Origin: Candidatus Hydrogenedentota bacterium
GTDB taxonomy: Bacteria; Hydrogenedentota; Hydrogenedentia; Hydrogenedentales; SLHB01
Assembly (NCBI GenBank): GCA_963745075.1
Contig: CAVUWV010000024.1
Location: 320,001-384,000 of the forward strand
Direction of reading: 5' to 3'
DNA length: 64,000 nucleotides
The notes below the pieces were generated by a model. That model was given only the letters and a program-made list of their open reading frames with translations. It did no database searches and was not told the origin of the DNA. The position numbers were made by a program, and so were the translations under genes. The first letter of the stretch is position 1. Every line of letters starts with the position of its first letter. Positions 1 through 9,052 of this stretch are shown here, in pieces.

Positions 1-1057
1 CAGCCTCGCCTTCGACACGACCGGCATGGTGAAGGGCACGCTGAATTTTCATTCGTTCGTCGGTGGGTTTTCCCACGTGTTTCTCCGGGGTGTCACTCCA
101 GATGCGGTGTCCGGCACAATTCCCTTATCCGTATTTGTTTGTTTCCAGTTGACCTTCGCGATCATCACGCCGGCGCTTATCGCGGGCGCCTTCGCCGAGC
201 GCATGAAGTTCTCCGCCGTTCTGTTGTTTACGGGACTGTGGTTTACTTTTGTTTACGCGCCGATCTGTCACATGGTATGGGCTGGAGACGGTTCGCTCCT
301 GGGCGACCTCTGGGGCGTGTTGGACTTTGCCGGCGGCACGGTCGTCCATATCAATGCCGGTGTCGCGGCCCTCATCGCTGCGCTTCTGGTCGGGAAACGC
401 AAGGGGTATCCCACGACTGCCATGCCTCCGCATAATATGACTTTGACCGTCACCGGCGCCGGCATGCTCTGGGTCGGTTGGTTCGGGTTCAACGCAGGCA
501 GCGCGGTCGCGGCGAACGGTTCTGCAGGCATGGCCATGCTGGTCACGCAGATCGCGACAGCGGCGGCGGCCCTGATCTGGATGTTTATTGAATGGGGCAA
601 ACACGGCAAGCCCAGCGCCTTGGGTACGGTCACCGGCGCCGTCGCGGGACTGGTCGCCATCACCCCGGCTTCGGGTACGGTGGGGCCGTTTGGCGCGCTG
701 ATCGTCGGCCTGGCATCCGGCGGGATTTGTTTCCTCGGCGCTACCACGCTGAAACGCGCTATGGGATACGACGATTCGCTGGACGCCTTCGGTGTGCATG
801 GAATCGGTGGGCTCGTGGGCGCGTTGTTGACTGGTATCTTCGCGTCGACGACCTTGGGCGGCTGGGAAGACATCAATATCGCCGCGCAATTCTTCCAACA
901 AATCAAGGGTGCGGCGGTCACCATTGTGTACTGCGGCGCACTGAGTTTCATCCTGTTGAAGATCGTCAACGTCGTTGTAGGCTTGCGCGTCGACGAACAA
1001 CAGGAAACGCAGGGTCTCGATATCTCGCTCCACGAAGAAGCGGGTTACAACCTCTAG
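1..1057 (+). CDS. amtB: Ammonium transporter AmtB (5' end outside window)
   Basis: Motifs FQLTFAIITPALIAGAFAER, LDFAGGTVVHINAG, WVGWFGFNAGS, DDSLDAFGVHG; frame is open to the left edge (SLAFDTTG-M). Confidence 0.96.
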   Translation, partial: SLAFDTTGMVKGTLNFHSFVGGFSHVFLRGVTPDAVSGTIPLSVFVCFQLTFAIITPALIAGAFAERMKFSAVLLFTGLWFTFVYAPICHMVWAGDGSLLGDLWGVLDFAGGTVVHINAGVAALIAALLVGKRKGYPTTAMPPHNMTLTVTGAGMLWVGWFGFNAGSAVAANGSAGMAMLVTQIATAAAALIWMFIEWGKHGKPSALGTVTGAVAGLVAITPASGTVGPFGALIVGLASGGICFLGATTLKRAMGYDDSLDAFGVHGIGGLVGALLTGIFASTTLGGWEDINIAAQFFQQIKGAAVTIVYCGALSFILLKIVNVVVGLRVDEQQETQGLDISLHEEAGYNL

Positions 1058-1088
1058 GAAAGAAGTACCCCCGCAGGGCTGTGAAGGA

Positions 1089-1128
1089 TGTGGCGCGGAC
1101 ACCGCGGGTGTCCGCGCCACACGGTTTA
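1089..1128 (+). terminator. Probable intrinsic terminator or stem-loop after amtB
   Basis: Perfect 15-bp stem tgtggcgcggacacc / ggtgtccgcgccaca, 3-nt loop, short T run (cggtttat). Confidence 0.6.
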
Positions 1129-1152
1129 TGGAATTTCGTGCGAATTCGGGCA

Positions 1153-1180
1153 TTGATGGCCCATTCCCCCGTGTTATACT
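1153..1180 (+). promoter_or_regulatory. Putative sigma70 promoter (extended -10)
   Basis: TTGATG, 16-nt spacer containing TG, then TATACT; AGGAGG RBS follows before ATG 1205. Confidence 0.5.
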
Positions 1181-1204
1181 CAAAAGAGACAGGAGGGATG
1201 TGCC

Positions 1205-1990
1205 ATGCGCGCGCTCAAACTTGCCCTGCTGGGCCTAATTCCATTGCTGACAACGGGATGCATGCTCGATATGCTCATGTCGACGGCCGTTCAGAGCGAA
1301 TTGGAGGCACAGCAACTCGGGACGTTGAAGAAACAACTCGACAACGCCAAACAAACCACGTCCGATATCTCGATCAATCAGGCGATCCAGGCCTACGCGG
1401 CCGAACACGGTTCCTATCCCGCGTCACTTCAGGACTTGGTGCCGGACTATTATTCCGAGGTGCCGACTCAGCCGGACGGAACGCCTTACGGCTACGACCC
1501 TTCAACGGGCAAGTTACTCGATGGTCCGGTGACGCCGCAGCCTGCTCGTCTACCCCAAGTGTCGAACACAGACAAGATTGCACAGATCCGTGCGGCCATC
1601 GATAAATACGGAAGGGCAACAGGCTATTATCCGACGTCGTTGGATCAACTCGCGCCGACATATATGCCTGAGGTTCCCATGGCCAACAACGGAATGCCGT
1701 TTCGCTACGATCCGCAGACTGGAGCCGTCTTCGAACCGCAGGGCCAGACGCCCAACCAAACCATGCCGTATGGTGGCCAACAGCAGCAACAAGCGGGTCG
1801 GCAGCCCGCCGCCGGTGGCGGCGGCCTCATGGGTGAAACAGTGACCGGCATCGGCATCCAGAACGAGCTGAACAACATGAGCAGCGCCGGTTCGAACGCC
1901 GCCGGCAGCCGTGCCCGTGCGGGCGCCCACGACCTCGGACAGCAAGAAACCCAGCGCCAAGAACAGGTGATGGATAACCTGGGTCTGTAG
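1205..1990 (+). CDS. Hypothetical lipoprotein with two tandem GspG/pseudopilin-like globular repeats
   Basis: Lipobox LLTTGC; two repeats AIxxYxxxxGxYPxSLxxLxPxYxxEVP...G.P..YDP.TG; strong RBS. Confidence 0.7.
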   Translation: MRALKLALLGLIPLLTTGCMLDMLMSTAVQSELEAQQLGTLKKQLDNAKQTTSDISINQAIQAYAAEHGSYPASLQDLVPDYYSEVPTQPDGTPYGYDPSTGKLLDGPVTPQPARLPQVSNTDKIAQIRAAIDKYGRATGYYPTSLDQLAPTYMPEVPMANNGMPFRYDPQTGAVFEPQGQTPNQTMPYGGQQQQQAGRQPAAGGGGLMGETVTGIGIQNELNNMSSAGSNAAGSRARAGAHDLGQQETQRQEQVMDNLGL

Positions 1991-2111
1991 TCCGGAGGCT
2001 GGAGTCTCCCGGGATGAGGTCAGATTCCGCCCTGGCAGTGAAGGTGCGTTCGTCTCTGGTGTCGCTGTTGTCCCTGGGTCTAAATGAAATACCGGCTTTG
2101 AAAGCTCCAGC

Positions 2112-3449
2112 CTATTCCAAACCCACCGGTTCCACATTCGTGAGCCGCACCACCACCGGGTTCGGCCATTGGTGGTCGTTGTAGAGACGCTGCCCACGAA
2201 TCACGCTTATATGCAGACCGTCGTCGCGTTGCTCGAAGCGCGGGGTGGCGTCCGCATCCGGCTGGTACTCGACGATGGTGCCGCTGTGACCGAGGACGGC
2301 AATCTCCGTTTTGTCCGTCGCGTGCGCCGTGGTTAAGATAAACTCCCGCCGCTCGCCGCGTTTCCAAGGGTCTTGTTTCGTCAGGAACGCGTAGAGGGTG
2401 TTCGCGTCTTTCGCTTTGGTGAACCAGATGTCGCCCTCGCGGATTACGCGCCACGGGCGTACTTTGTAGATCGCTTCACCGTTCACAAACATCCACAAGG
2501 CCAGTTCCCGGATGATCCGCTCCTGTTCGAAGGGAATAACGCCCGACGGTTCCGGTCCCACGTTCAGCAGAAGGTTGCCGCCTTTCGCGCGAATCTCGAT
2601 CAGCATTTCGATAAGTTGCGTGCCGGATTTGTATTCCTCGTTCGTGGGTTTGAACTGCCACTGCGTGCCGAGCGTATAACATGCTTCCCACGGCGGTGGC
2701 AGGGGAGCGTTCGGCGTGGTCTGCTCCGGGGTTTCCATCACGCCGCGTGTAATAACAACGTTTCGATCGATATCCCAGATCGTATTCACCGCGTCGGCGT
2801 TGTCGGGACTGTCCAGAAAGGCCAAGTTAATCGGGCCATAATTCGTAAACAGTTCATGAAGTTGCCGCCGATTGTGTTCCAGCATTTCCGGGTTGTTCGC
2901 GGGCAGGGCATAGGGACGTTTGCGCGCGACGACGTGCCCCTGTTTGTGCATGATCCACGCGTCCTCCGGCGAGAAGTACAGCCCTACGGCGATATCTTCA
3001 TTCCGGAAAGCGTCGACAATCTGGCGGGTGACGTCGCGGCCGTACGGCGTGTGCATGATCGAGAAGTCCGTGGTCTCCGTGTCGAACATGCAGAATCCGC
3101 TGTGATGTTTCGCCGTAAACATGAGGTAGCGCATCCCCGCGACACGTGCCAGCCGTGCCCAATCCGTGGGATCGAATTGTTTCGGCTCGAACGTTTTGGG
3201 GAGTTCGGTGAAGAAGCGGTCGGCGTACTCCTCTGATGCTCCGGCCAGTGAGTGGCTGATCACCGAACCCAATTGGGAATCGACGCTCCAGTGGATGAAC
3301 ATGCCGATGCCGAGATCCGAAAACCATTCCTCGCGTTCCGGCAGATTGCGAGGGATGGTTTCTTCTGCGCAAACGCCAACTGCGAGCAGCAGAGATACTA
3401 CGACACATCCAATCCGCTTCGAGCGTTTGCATGCAAAGACATCGATCAT
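2112..3449 (-). CDS. Alpha-L-fucosidase (GH29), secreted
   Basis: WFSDLGIGMFIHW, AGMRYLMFTAKHHSGF, GGNLLLNVGP; signal peptide. Confidence 0.88.
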   Translation of the reverse strand: MIDVFACKRSKRIGCVVVSLLLAVGVCAEETIPRNLPEREEWFSDLGIGMFIHWSVDSQLGSVISHSLAGASEEYADRFFTELPKTFEPKQFDPTDWARLARVAGMRYLMFTAKHHSGFCMFDTETTDFSIMHTPYGRDVTRQIVDAFRNEDIAVGLYFSPEDAWIMHKQGHVVARKRPYALPANNPEMLEHNRRQLHELFTNYGPINLAFLDSPDNADAVNTIWDIDRNVVITRGVMETPEQTTPNAPLPPPWEACYTLGTQWQFKPTNEEYKSGTQLIEMLIEIRAKGGNLLLNVGPEPSGVIPFEQERIIRELALWMFVNGEAIYKVRPWRVIREGDIWFTKAKDANTLYAFLTKQDPWKRGERREFILTTAHATDKTEIAVLGHSGTIVEYQPDADATPRFEQRDDGLHISVIRGQRLYNDHQWPNPVVVRLTNVEPVGLE

Positions 3450-3509
3450 GATCCCCCCTTGAGTCGGATTTCCGGTAACGACGCAGAGAAGCCTGCCATC
3501 GTGGAATGA

Positions 3510-4313
3510 TCAGCCCTCCTGCGTGGCATCGTCGACGCCGTACATGCCCAGGATGTTGTAGCCACTGTCGACGTGGAGGACTTCCCCCGTGACGCCCGAT
3601 GATAGATCCGAAAGCAGATACACGGCGGTCTGGCCGACCTCGTCCTGGGTCACATTCCGGCGGAGCGGCGCAAACTTCTCGGTCGTGCGGAGCATAAGCT
3701 TGACGCCGGCAATCGCGCTTGCGGACAGGGTGCGGATCGGTCCGGCGCTGATGCAATTCACCCGAATGCCCTTCTCGCCCAAGTCAAAGGCCAGGTACTT
3801 CGCACACGATTCCAGCGCCGCCTTCGCGACGCCCATCACGTTGTACCGGGGGACCACCTTTTCTGCGCCGTAATAGGTCATCGCGACGATACTGCCGCCC
3901 TCGTTCATGATCGGCGCCGCCTCCCGTGCGACGGCTACGAGCGAATACGCCGAAATGTCCAACGCCAACGCAAAGTTCGCGCGGCTCGTCGTAACAAACT
4001 GGTTGGCAAGATCTTCCTTGTTGGCGAAGGCAATGGAATGGATGATGAAATCGATCGAACCCCATTCCTGCTTCACCGATTGGAAAAACGCCGCGATCTC
4101 ATCGTCGTTCTGAACGTTGCACTGAAATACCGGCGACCCCGGCATGTGTTCATCCACGAGTTTGCGCACACGCCGCTCGAGGGTCTCCAGGTAGTTGAAC
4201 GCGAGCGTTGCGCCGGCCGCGGCGCACGCCTGTGCGCACCCCCATGCAATCGACTTCTCGTTTGCTACGCCGAGAACTACCCCGCGCTTTCCACTCAGTA
4301 ATCCTTCCGCCAT
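3510..4313 (-). CDS. fabI: Enoyl-ACP reductase FabI
   Basis: GVANEKSIAWG, HSIAFA, YNVMGVAKAALE, NCISAGPIRTL, VTGEVLHVDSG; ATG 4313 after AGGAGG. Confidence 0.95.
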   Translation of the reverse strand: MAEGLLSGKRGVVLGVANEKSIAWGCAQACAAAGATLAFNYLETLERRVRKLVDEHMPGSPVFQCNVQNDDEIAAFFQSVKQEWGSIDFIIHSIAFANKEDLANQFVTTSRANFALALDISAYSLVAVAREAAPIMNEGGSIVAMTYYGAEKVVPRYNVMGVAKAALESCAKYLAFDLGEKGIRVNCISAGPIRTLSASAIAGVKLMLRTTEKFAPLRRNVTQDEVGQTAVYLLSDLSSGVTGEVLHVDSGYNILGMYGVDDATQEG

Positions 4314-4641
4314 CGTACCTCCTGTTGTGCAGTGCAGCGCAAAACGAATTTGCATTTCTCGTTTGTCAGACCTCACGCGCGAGTCAATTTTGATGCGCGG
4401 AGCGGCTCATTGTAATTGAACCCGCGATTCATTGCGACTTGTGCGTCATCCGAGTCCGGCCAAAGACCGGGGAGCGCGGCCGCTCGAAGTCGGGGAAGAT
4501 ACTGAAATGTACGTTTTGTCATGTTTGCATACATGAACGTAGCACTCGAGTTCGAGTCCTAGATCGTCTTTTTGCGCGCTTCTTGTGTGTAAGTGACGGC
4601 CTTGCATTGGTTTGCCGATCTCTTATCGATTCGTATCGCCC

Positions 4642-4657
4642 TTGGCACGGCAGTTGC
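4642..4657 (+). promoter_or_regulatory. Sigma54 (-24/-12) promoter
   Basis: TTGGCACGGCAGTTGC matches the TGGCACG-N4-TTGC consensus exactly, in an ~850-bp intergenic region. Confidence 0.72.
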
Positions 4658-4699
4658 CTCCCTTTGTGTGAAGATTTAATTTCGTTACTATCGGACAAC

Positions 4700-5130
4700 G
4701 GAGAGAGAAGAGGACATCATGCACAGCCAACGCGGTATTCATCACCCCCCATTCATTCGTGGGGCTTCTCCTCCAGATGAATCGTCGAGATGCTTCTAAA
4801 CCATCACGCTGGTGCGCATTTCTCCAGCGCGCGACACAAGGCGGCGGCCGGACATGACCCTGGGCTCATCCCGCAGTATGCGTCAGCACGCGAACGGCGG
4901 CTATCGCGCGCGGGCAATCCGTCGGGACCGTGTGAGCGGAACTTCGGAATAGGCGCACGGGGCTCGGAGCCCTTGGCGCCGTGTCCGGTTACCCTGATGG
5001 GATTTGCTCGGCGGCGTTTGAAATCTGTGCCGCAAACTCACCTCGAAATAACCTGATTCAAATCTTCACGCGGTACGGTATCTTCGCGTGCAGTTTGCGT
5101 AAGGCAAGCAGAAAACCAAAAACAACGAGC
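4700..5130 (+). ncRNA. Candidate structured leader or ncRNA (unassigned family)
   Basis: Nested complementary segments read by eye, e.g. ccatca/tgatgg, gccggacatg/cgtgtccggt, gctcat/gtgagc, tcccg/cggga; no convincing CDS. Confidence 0.3.
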
Positions 5131-5165
5131 ACGGCTGCACCCCGTACTGGAAAGGATTGAACGCG

Positions 5166-5954
5166 ATGAGACAGGGGTTCTTGATCGACATGGACGGTGT
5201 CATCTACCGGGGACACGAAATGATCCCCGGAGCGGACACGTTCGTTCGTCAGTTGCTGGAGCGGAATATACCGTTCCTGTTTCTGACCAACAACAGTCAA
5301 CGTACCGGACGCGACGTGGCCACGCGGTTGCGTCGCATGGGCATTCCCGTGGAGGAGCGCCACATCTTCACCTGCGCCATGGCCACCGCGCGATTCTTGG
5401 CGCACCAGAAGCCGCACGGTACCGCCTTCGTTATCGGCGAGGGCGGACTTACCCAGGCGATGCACCACAACGGGTATTCGATTGTGGACAGCGATCCCGA
5501 CTACGTGGTGGTGGGGGAGGGGCGCACCTTCACCTTCGAGCACATCGAGAAAGCGGTGCGCATGATTGTGGGCGGCGCGAAACTCGTGGCGACCAATCCC
5601 GATCCCAATTGTCCCACGTCGGAAGGGCTTCGCCCCGGCTGCGGCGCCATCGTCGCCATGCTGGAGCGCGCCTCGGGAATCGAGGCCTTCAGCGTGGGCA
5701 AACCGAGCCCGGTCATGATGCGCGCGGCCCGGAAGGTGCTCGACCTATCCGCCGAAGAAACGACGATGATCGGCGACACGATGGAAACCGACATCCTCGG
5801 CGGCGTGCAGATGGGCTACCGGACAGTGCTCGTGCTCTCGGGCGGTACGCAGGAACACGACCTCGCACGATTCGCTTACAGTCCCGATGTCATTGTGGGA
5901 TCGGTTGCGGAACTTTGCGAGTCGGAAATGTTGCGGACCGAGCACGCGGCCTGA
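5166..5954 (+). CDS. HAD-IIA family hydrolase (NagD-like phosphatase)
   Basis: DMDGVIY, LTNNS, GKPS and IGDTMETDILGG motifs. Confidence 0.92.
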   Translation: MRQGFLIDMDGVIYRGHEMIPGADTFVRQLLERNIPFLFLTNNSQRTGRDVATRLRRMGIPVEERHIFTCAMATARFLAHQKPHGTAFVIGEGGLTQAMHHNGYSIVDSDPDYVVVGEGRTFTFEHIEKAVRMIVGGAKLVATNPDPNCPTSEGLRPGCGAIVAMLERASGIEAFSVGKPSPVMMRAARKVLDLSAEETTMIGDTMETDILGGVQMGYRTVLVLSGGTQEHDLARFAYSPDVIVGSVAELCESEMLRTEHAA

Positions 5955-6056
5955 AAGGAAACCGAGGACTCCGAAACGGGACCGTGAGCGTTGCCGGGTA
6001 AGAAGGTCCGGCCGCTTCGCCGTTCCGGTTGCCGATAGAGGCAGTGAACACGAGTA

Positions 6057-6836
6057 TTACTTGTTGAAAACCGGTGGCCGCCCTTCCAAAAACGCCGTAA
6101 GGCCTTCGCCAAGGTAATCGGCGGTCAGAAATTGTGCGAACGCCTCGCCTTCCGACTCCGTTAGCATGCCGGTCGTTTTTGCCAATACCGGTGCGCGCAG
6201 CGACGCCTTGCAGGCCTTAACCACGTCGCAGCTCAATCGGGACAATCGCGCGACTTGCGTGGTCACGAGTTCTTCCAAGCCATCGGACGGCGCGATACCG
6301 TCGACAAGCCCTGCGGCCAGCGCTTGGGCGGGGTCCAGTTTTTTACCGAGCATGACAACTTCACGCAGCATGGCCGGCGAACAGACGCCCGCGATCACCG
6401 ACGCCAACCCTTCCGGCACCGGCACGCCGACCTTGGCCTCCGCAAAACAAAGCGCCCCCCGTCCCTGATCCATATAGCGAAAATCCGCCGTGATGGCGAA
6501 GACCGCGCCGCCGGCCATGGCCGGACCGTTTAATACGGCGATATGGGGTTTCTTCAACGCATACAGCCCATGGACCAGTCGTCCTACGGCGGCGAACATC
6601 TCCTTGCGCCCTTCCAGGTCAGCTTCCAATACGGTCATCGGATTCAAACCGTTGCAGAACATCCCGTCTATCCCGGAGCGCGTAACAATCGCGCGCGTTA
6701 CGGAATGCGCGTCCGCCTCGTGATGGGCCGCCACGAGCGCGTCCATGATTTCGATGTCCAATAGGTTGAAGGGCGGATTGGTGTACATCACGGTCGAGAC
6801 GAGGCCGTCATGCGTGACGGAGATTGCGTCGCTCAT
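6057..6836 (-). CDS. Enoyl-CoA hydratase/isomerase (crotonase) family protein
   Basis: FCNGLN, KPHIAVLNGPAMAGG, FAEAKVG, EGLTAFLEGRPPVF; ATG 6836 after GAGGGAG. Confidence 0.88.
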   Translation of the reverse strand: MSDAISVTHDGLVSTVMYTNPPFNLLDIEIMDALVAAHHEADAHSVTRAIVTRSGIDGMFCNGLNPMTVLEADLEGRKEMFAAVGRLVHGLYALKKPHIAVLNGPAMAGGAVFAITADFRYMDQGRGALCFAEAKVGVPVPEGLASVIAGVCSPAMLREVVMLGKKLDPAQALAAGLVDGIAPSDGLEELVTTQVARLSRLSCDVVKACKASLRAPVLAKTTGMLTESEGEAFAQFLTADYLGEGLTAFLEGRPPVFNK

Positions 6837-6934
6837 GGAAAACTCCCTCGAAGTTCGGTGGAAACCTTGCAGCGTTCGAGGGGAGTTTACCACAGCACCG
6901 TGCGGAAAACGGACGATGCGAGCCAGCGGCCATA

Positions 6935-7180
6935 ATGTCTATACCGTGCACCATTCATCTCAAACCGCTTGATAAGGGTGGCTACCTTGTGACGGTTCCC
7001 GCATTACCTGGATGTGCGACGCAGAGTGAAACGTACGAACATGCCGTCGAAATGGCGAAAGAGGCGATCCATGCGTATGTAGCAGTCCTGATCGAAGATG
7101 GAGATCCAATTCCGAAGGAAACCGATCCGTCGCGAGTAATCGTCGCAGGAGTAAACGTCGAAGTCTCTGCCGCTCCATGA
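6935..7180 (+). CDS. hicB: HicB family antitoxin (short form)
   Basis: GGYLVTVPALPGCATQSETYEHAVEMAKEAI...GDPIP is the HicB N-terminal signature. Confidence 0.85.
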   Translation: MSIPCTIHLKPLDKGGYLVTVPALPGCATQSETYEHAVEMAKEAIHAYVAVLIEDGDPIPKETDPSRVIVAGVNVEVSAAP

Positions 7181-7401
7181 CGGAAATCTCTGCGTCCGAG
7201 CCGGATAAAGTAATCAAAGCACTTTTGCGTCTCGGCGTTATGGAACGAAAAGAGCGAGATAGCCATTGGGTCTTTCGACATCCTACGAGCAACCGAATGA
7301 CGGTGACCCCGATTTACGCAAAGGAACGCGCTCCCGAATTTGTGAAGGAGATTATCAAACAATCCGGCATCGCCGTTGAAAAGTTTTTGGACGAACTCTA
7401 A
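7177..7401 (+). CDS. hicA: HicA family toxin (divergent motifs)
   Basis: KVIKALLRLG...DSHWVFRHP...VTP...VKEIIKQSGIAVEKFL; ATGA overlap with hicB. Confidence 0.8.
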   Translation: MTEISASEPDKVIKALLRLGVMERKERDSHWVFRHPTSNRMTVTPIYAKERAPEFVKEIIKQSGIAVEKFLDEL

Positions 7402-7407
7402 TCGAAT

Positions 7408-8871
7408 CTACCCGCGCCGCAGTTTCCCCGCGACCACGGGCTCGTAAATCTCCGCGATGTATTGCTTGGCCGCCTTTTCCCAGGTAAACCGCTGTTTGAA
7501 CCCGCGCGCCTGGAGGTCCCGATAACGATCCGGCGCGTTGACGTACAGGTCCCGCGCTTCACGGACCGTGTCGACCAGGTTCCGGAGCACCTTCTTGTTC
7601 GTCGCGCCATCGAACACGAAGCCAGTACCGTTGCGTCGCGTATGGGGGATGACCGTATCCACGAGCCCGCCCGTGGCCCGGACCAGGGGCGGCGTCGCGT
7701 TGCTCAAGGCCTCCATCTGAGTGATGCCGCAAGGTTCGTACAGGCTCGGCATCAGGAAGAGGTCGCTGCCCAGACTGATCGCCCGCGCCTTGTCCGGTAG
7801 AAAGGCCACCGTGGCCGAATAATTCTTGCGGTTCGTATAACGTTTGATGAACCGCTCGTACCTGGCGAGACCGGTCGCGAGTATGCAGACGTTGATGCCC
7901 TCCAGGTCCAGGAGGTGTTCCAGCACGGGGCGCCCGTCGAGTTTCTCGGTCAAGAGTTTGAACTTCTGTTCGACCGCACGCCCCACGAATCCCAGGATAA
8001 ATGCGTCCGGTTCCGCGAAGTCAGCGCTGATTTCGCGGCGGCTTTCGACTTTCGCTTCGAAGCACTTTGCGAATTCGGTCTTGGTCGGCTTGCACCGGTA
8101 ACTAAAGCCATTGAGGATACCGACGAGCTGTCCCTCGTCATGGAGGCGATTCGTTACTTCTTCCAATCCCTTGCCGCCCTCGAAATACCGCTTGGGGTCC
8201 TCGGGCTCCAGCATTTCTTTGGCGTATTGCGGGCTGACCGTGTGGGCGCAATCGCACAATTCCAAACCCAACCGCAAAGCGTTCACGCTTTTCCATTCCG
8301 GTCGCGGATCCCGATACAGCGGTTCGAGAGTCGCGGTGTCCAGTATGGTCTCCATTTCCGTGCCCTTGAGTCTTGAACGCGCGATGTTTCCCTGGTAGCC
8401 AATATTGTGAACGGTGATGACCCGGCCGCATGAAAGTCCCGCGAGTTCCAGGAATGCAAAGACGTACGCGAGCCCCCAATCGTTCACGTGAACGATGTCA
8501 GGCTTCTTCTCGCGAATGAGTTCCACGCAGGCCTTCGAGAAGAAGGAAAATCGTAAGGTATCATCGTAAAAAGGGACCTTCGCGCTATCTACATAAACGC
8601 TGCCGTATTTGCCTTCGAAATAGTCGGGACTCTTCACGAAATTCATTCGTACGCCGCCCAAGTGGGAGGGCACCACGCCGACGGAAACCGCTTTATTGCC
8701 ATGGATCGGGATCTTGCGGTCCACGATATTCATGCTGCCGTACCACGGTGTGACGATCTCGATGTCCACCCCCATCTTCTTGAGCGCCGGCGGCAGTTCG
8801 CCGGTGACATCCCCGATGCCGCCTGCCTTTGAAAACGGTTTGCACTCGGTCGCGAAATACAGAATTTTCAA
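7408..8871 (-). CDS. glgA: Glycogen/starch synthase (GT5)
   Basis: MKILYFATECKPFSKAGGIGDV, HVNDW, TVSPQYAKE, LMPSLYEPCGITQM, RATGGLVDTV; TTG start. Confidence 0.9.
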   Translation of the reverse strand: MKILYFATECKPFSKAGGIGDVTGELPPALKKMGVDIEIVTPWYGSMNIVDRKIPIHGNKAVSVGVVPSHLGGVRMNFVKSPDYFEGKYGSVYVDSAKVPFYDDTLRFSFFSKACVELIREKKPDIVHVNDWGLAYVFAFLELAGLSCGRVITVHNIGYQGNIARSRLKGTEMETILDTATLEPLYRDPRPEWKSVNALRLGLELCDCAHTVSPQYAKEMLEPEDPKRYFEGGKGLEEVTNRLHDEGQLVGILNGFSYRCKPTKTEFAKCFEAKVESRREISADFAEPDAFILGFVGRAVEQKFKLLTEKLDGRPVLEHLLDLEGINVCILATGLARYERFIKRYTNRKNYSATVAFLPDKARAISLGSDLFLMPSLYEPCGITQMEALSNATPPLVRATGGLVDTVIPHTRRNGTGFVFDGATNKKVLRNLVDTVREARDLYVNAPDRYRDLQARGFKQRFTWEKAAKQYIAEIYEPVVAGKLRRG

Positions 8872-9052
8872 AACGCGTTACCTCCATCTGACATTTCTCA
8901 AAGGGTAGCACGTGTGAAGGGGGTCATGCTGTACGGGATTTTTTTGCCGCCGTGAGTCGCTCCGCACCAGGTGCTCCGCACCAGATGCATTTCGCCGCTT
9001 CCGCATGCTACCCTGCATGCCTTGGCAACTCCGAGTCCTGGAGGGAGACGTA

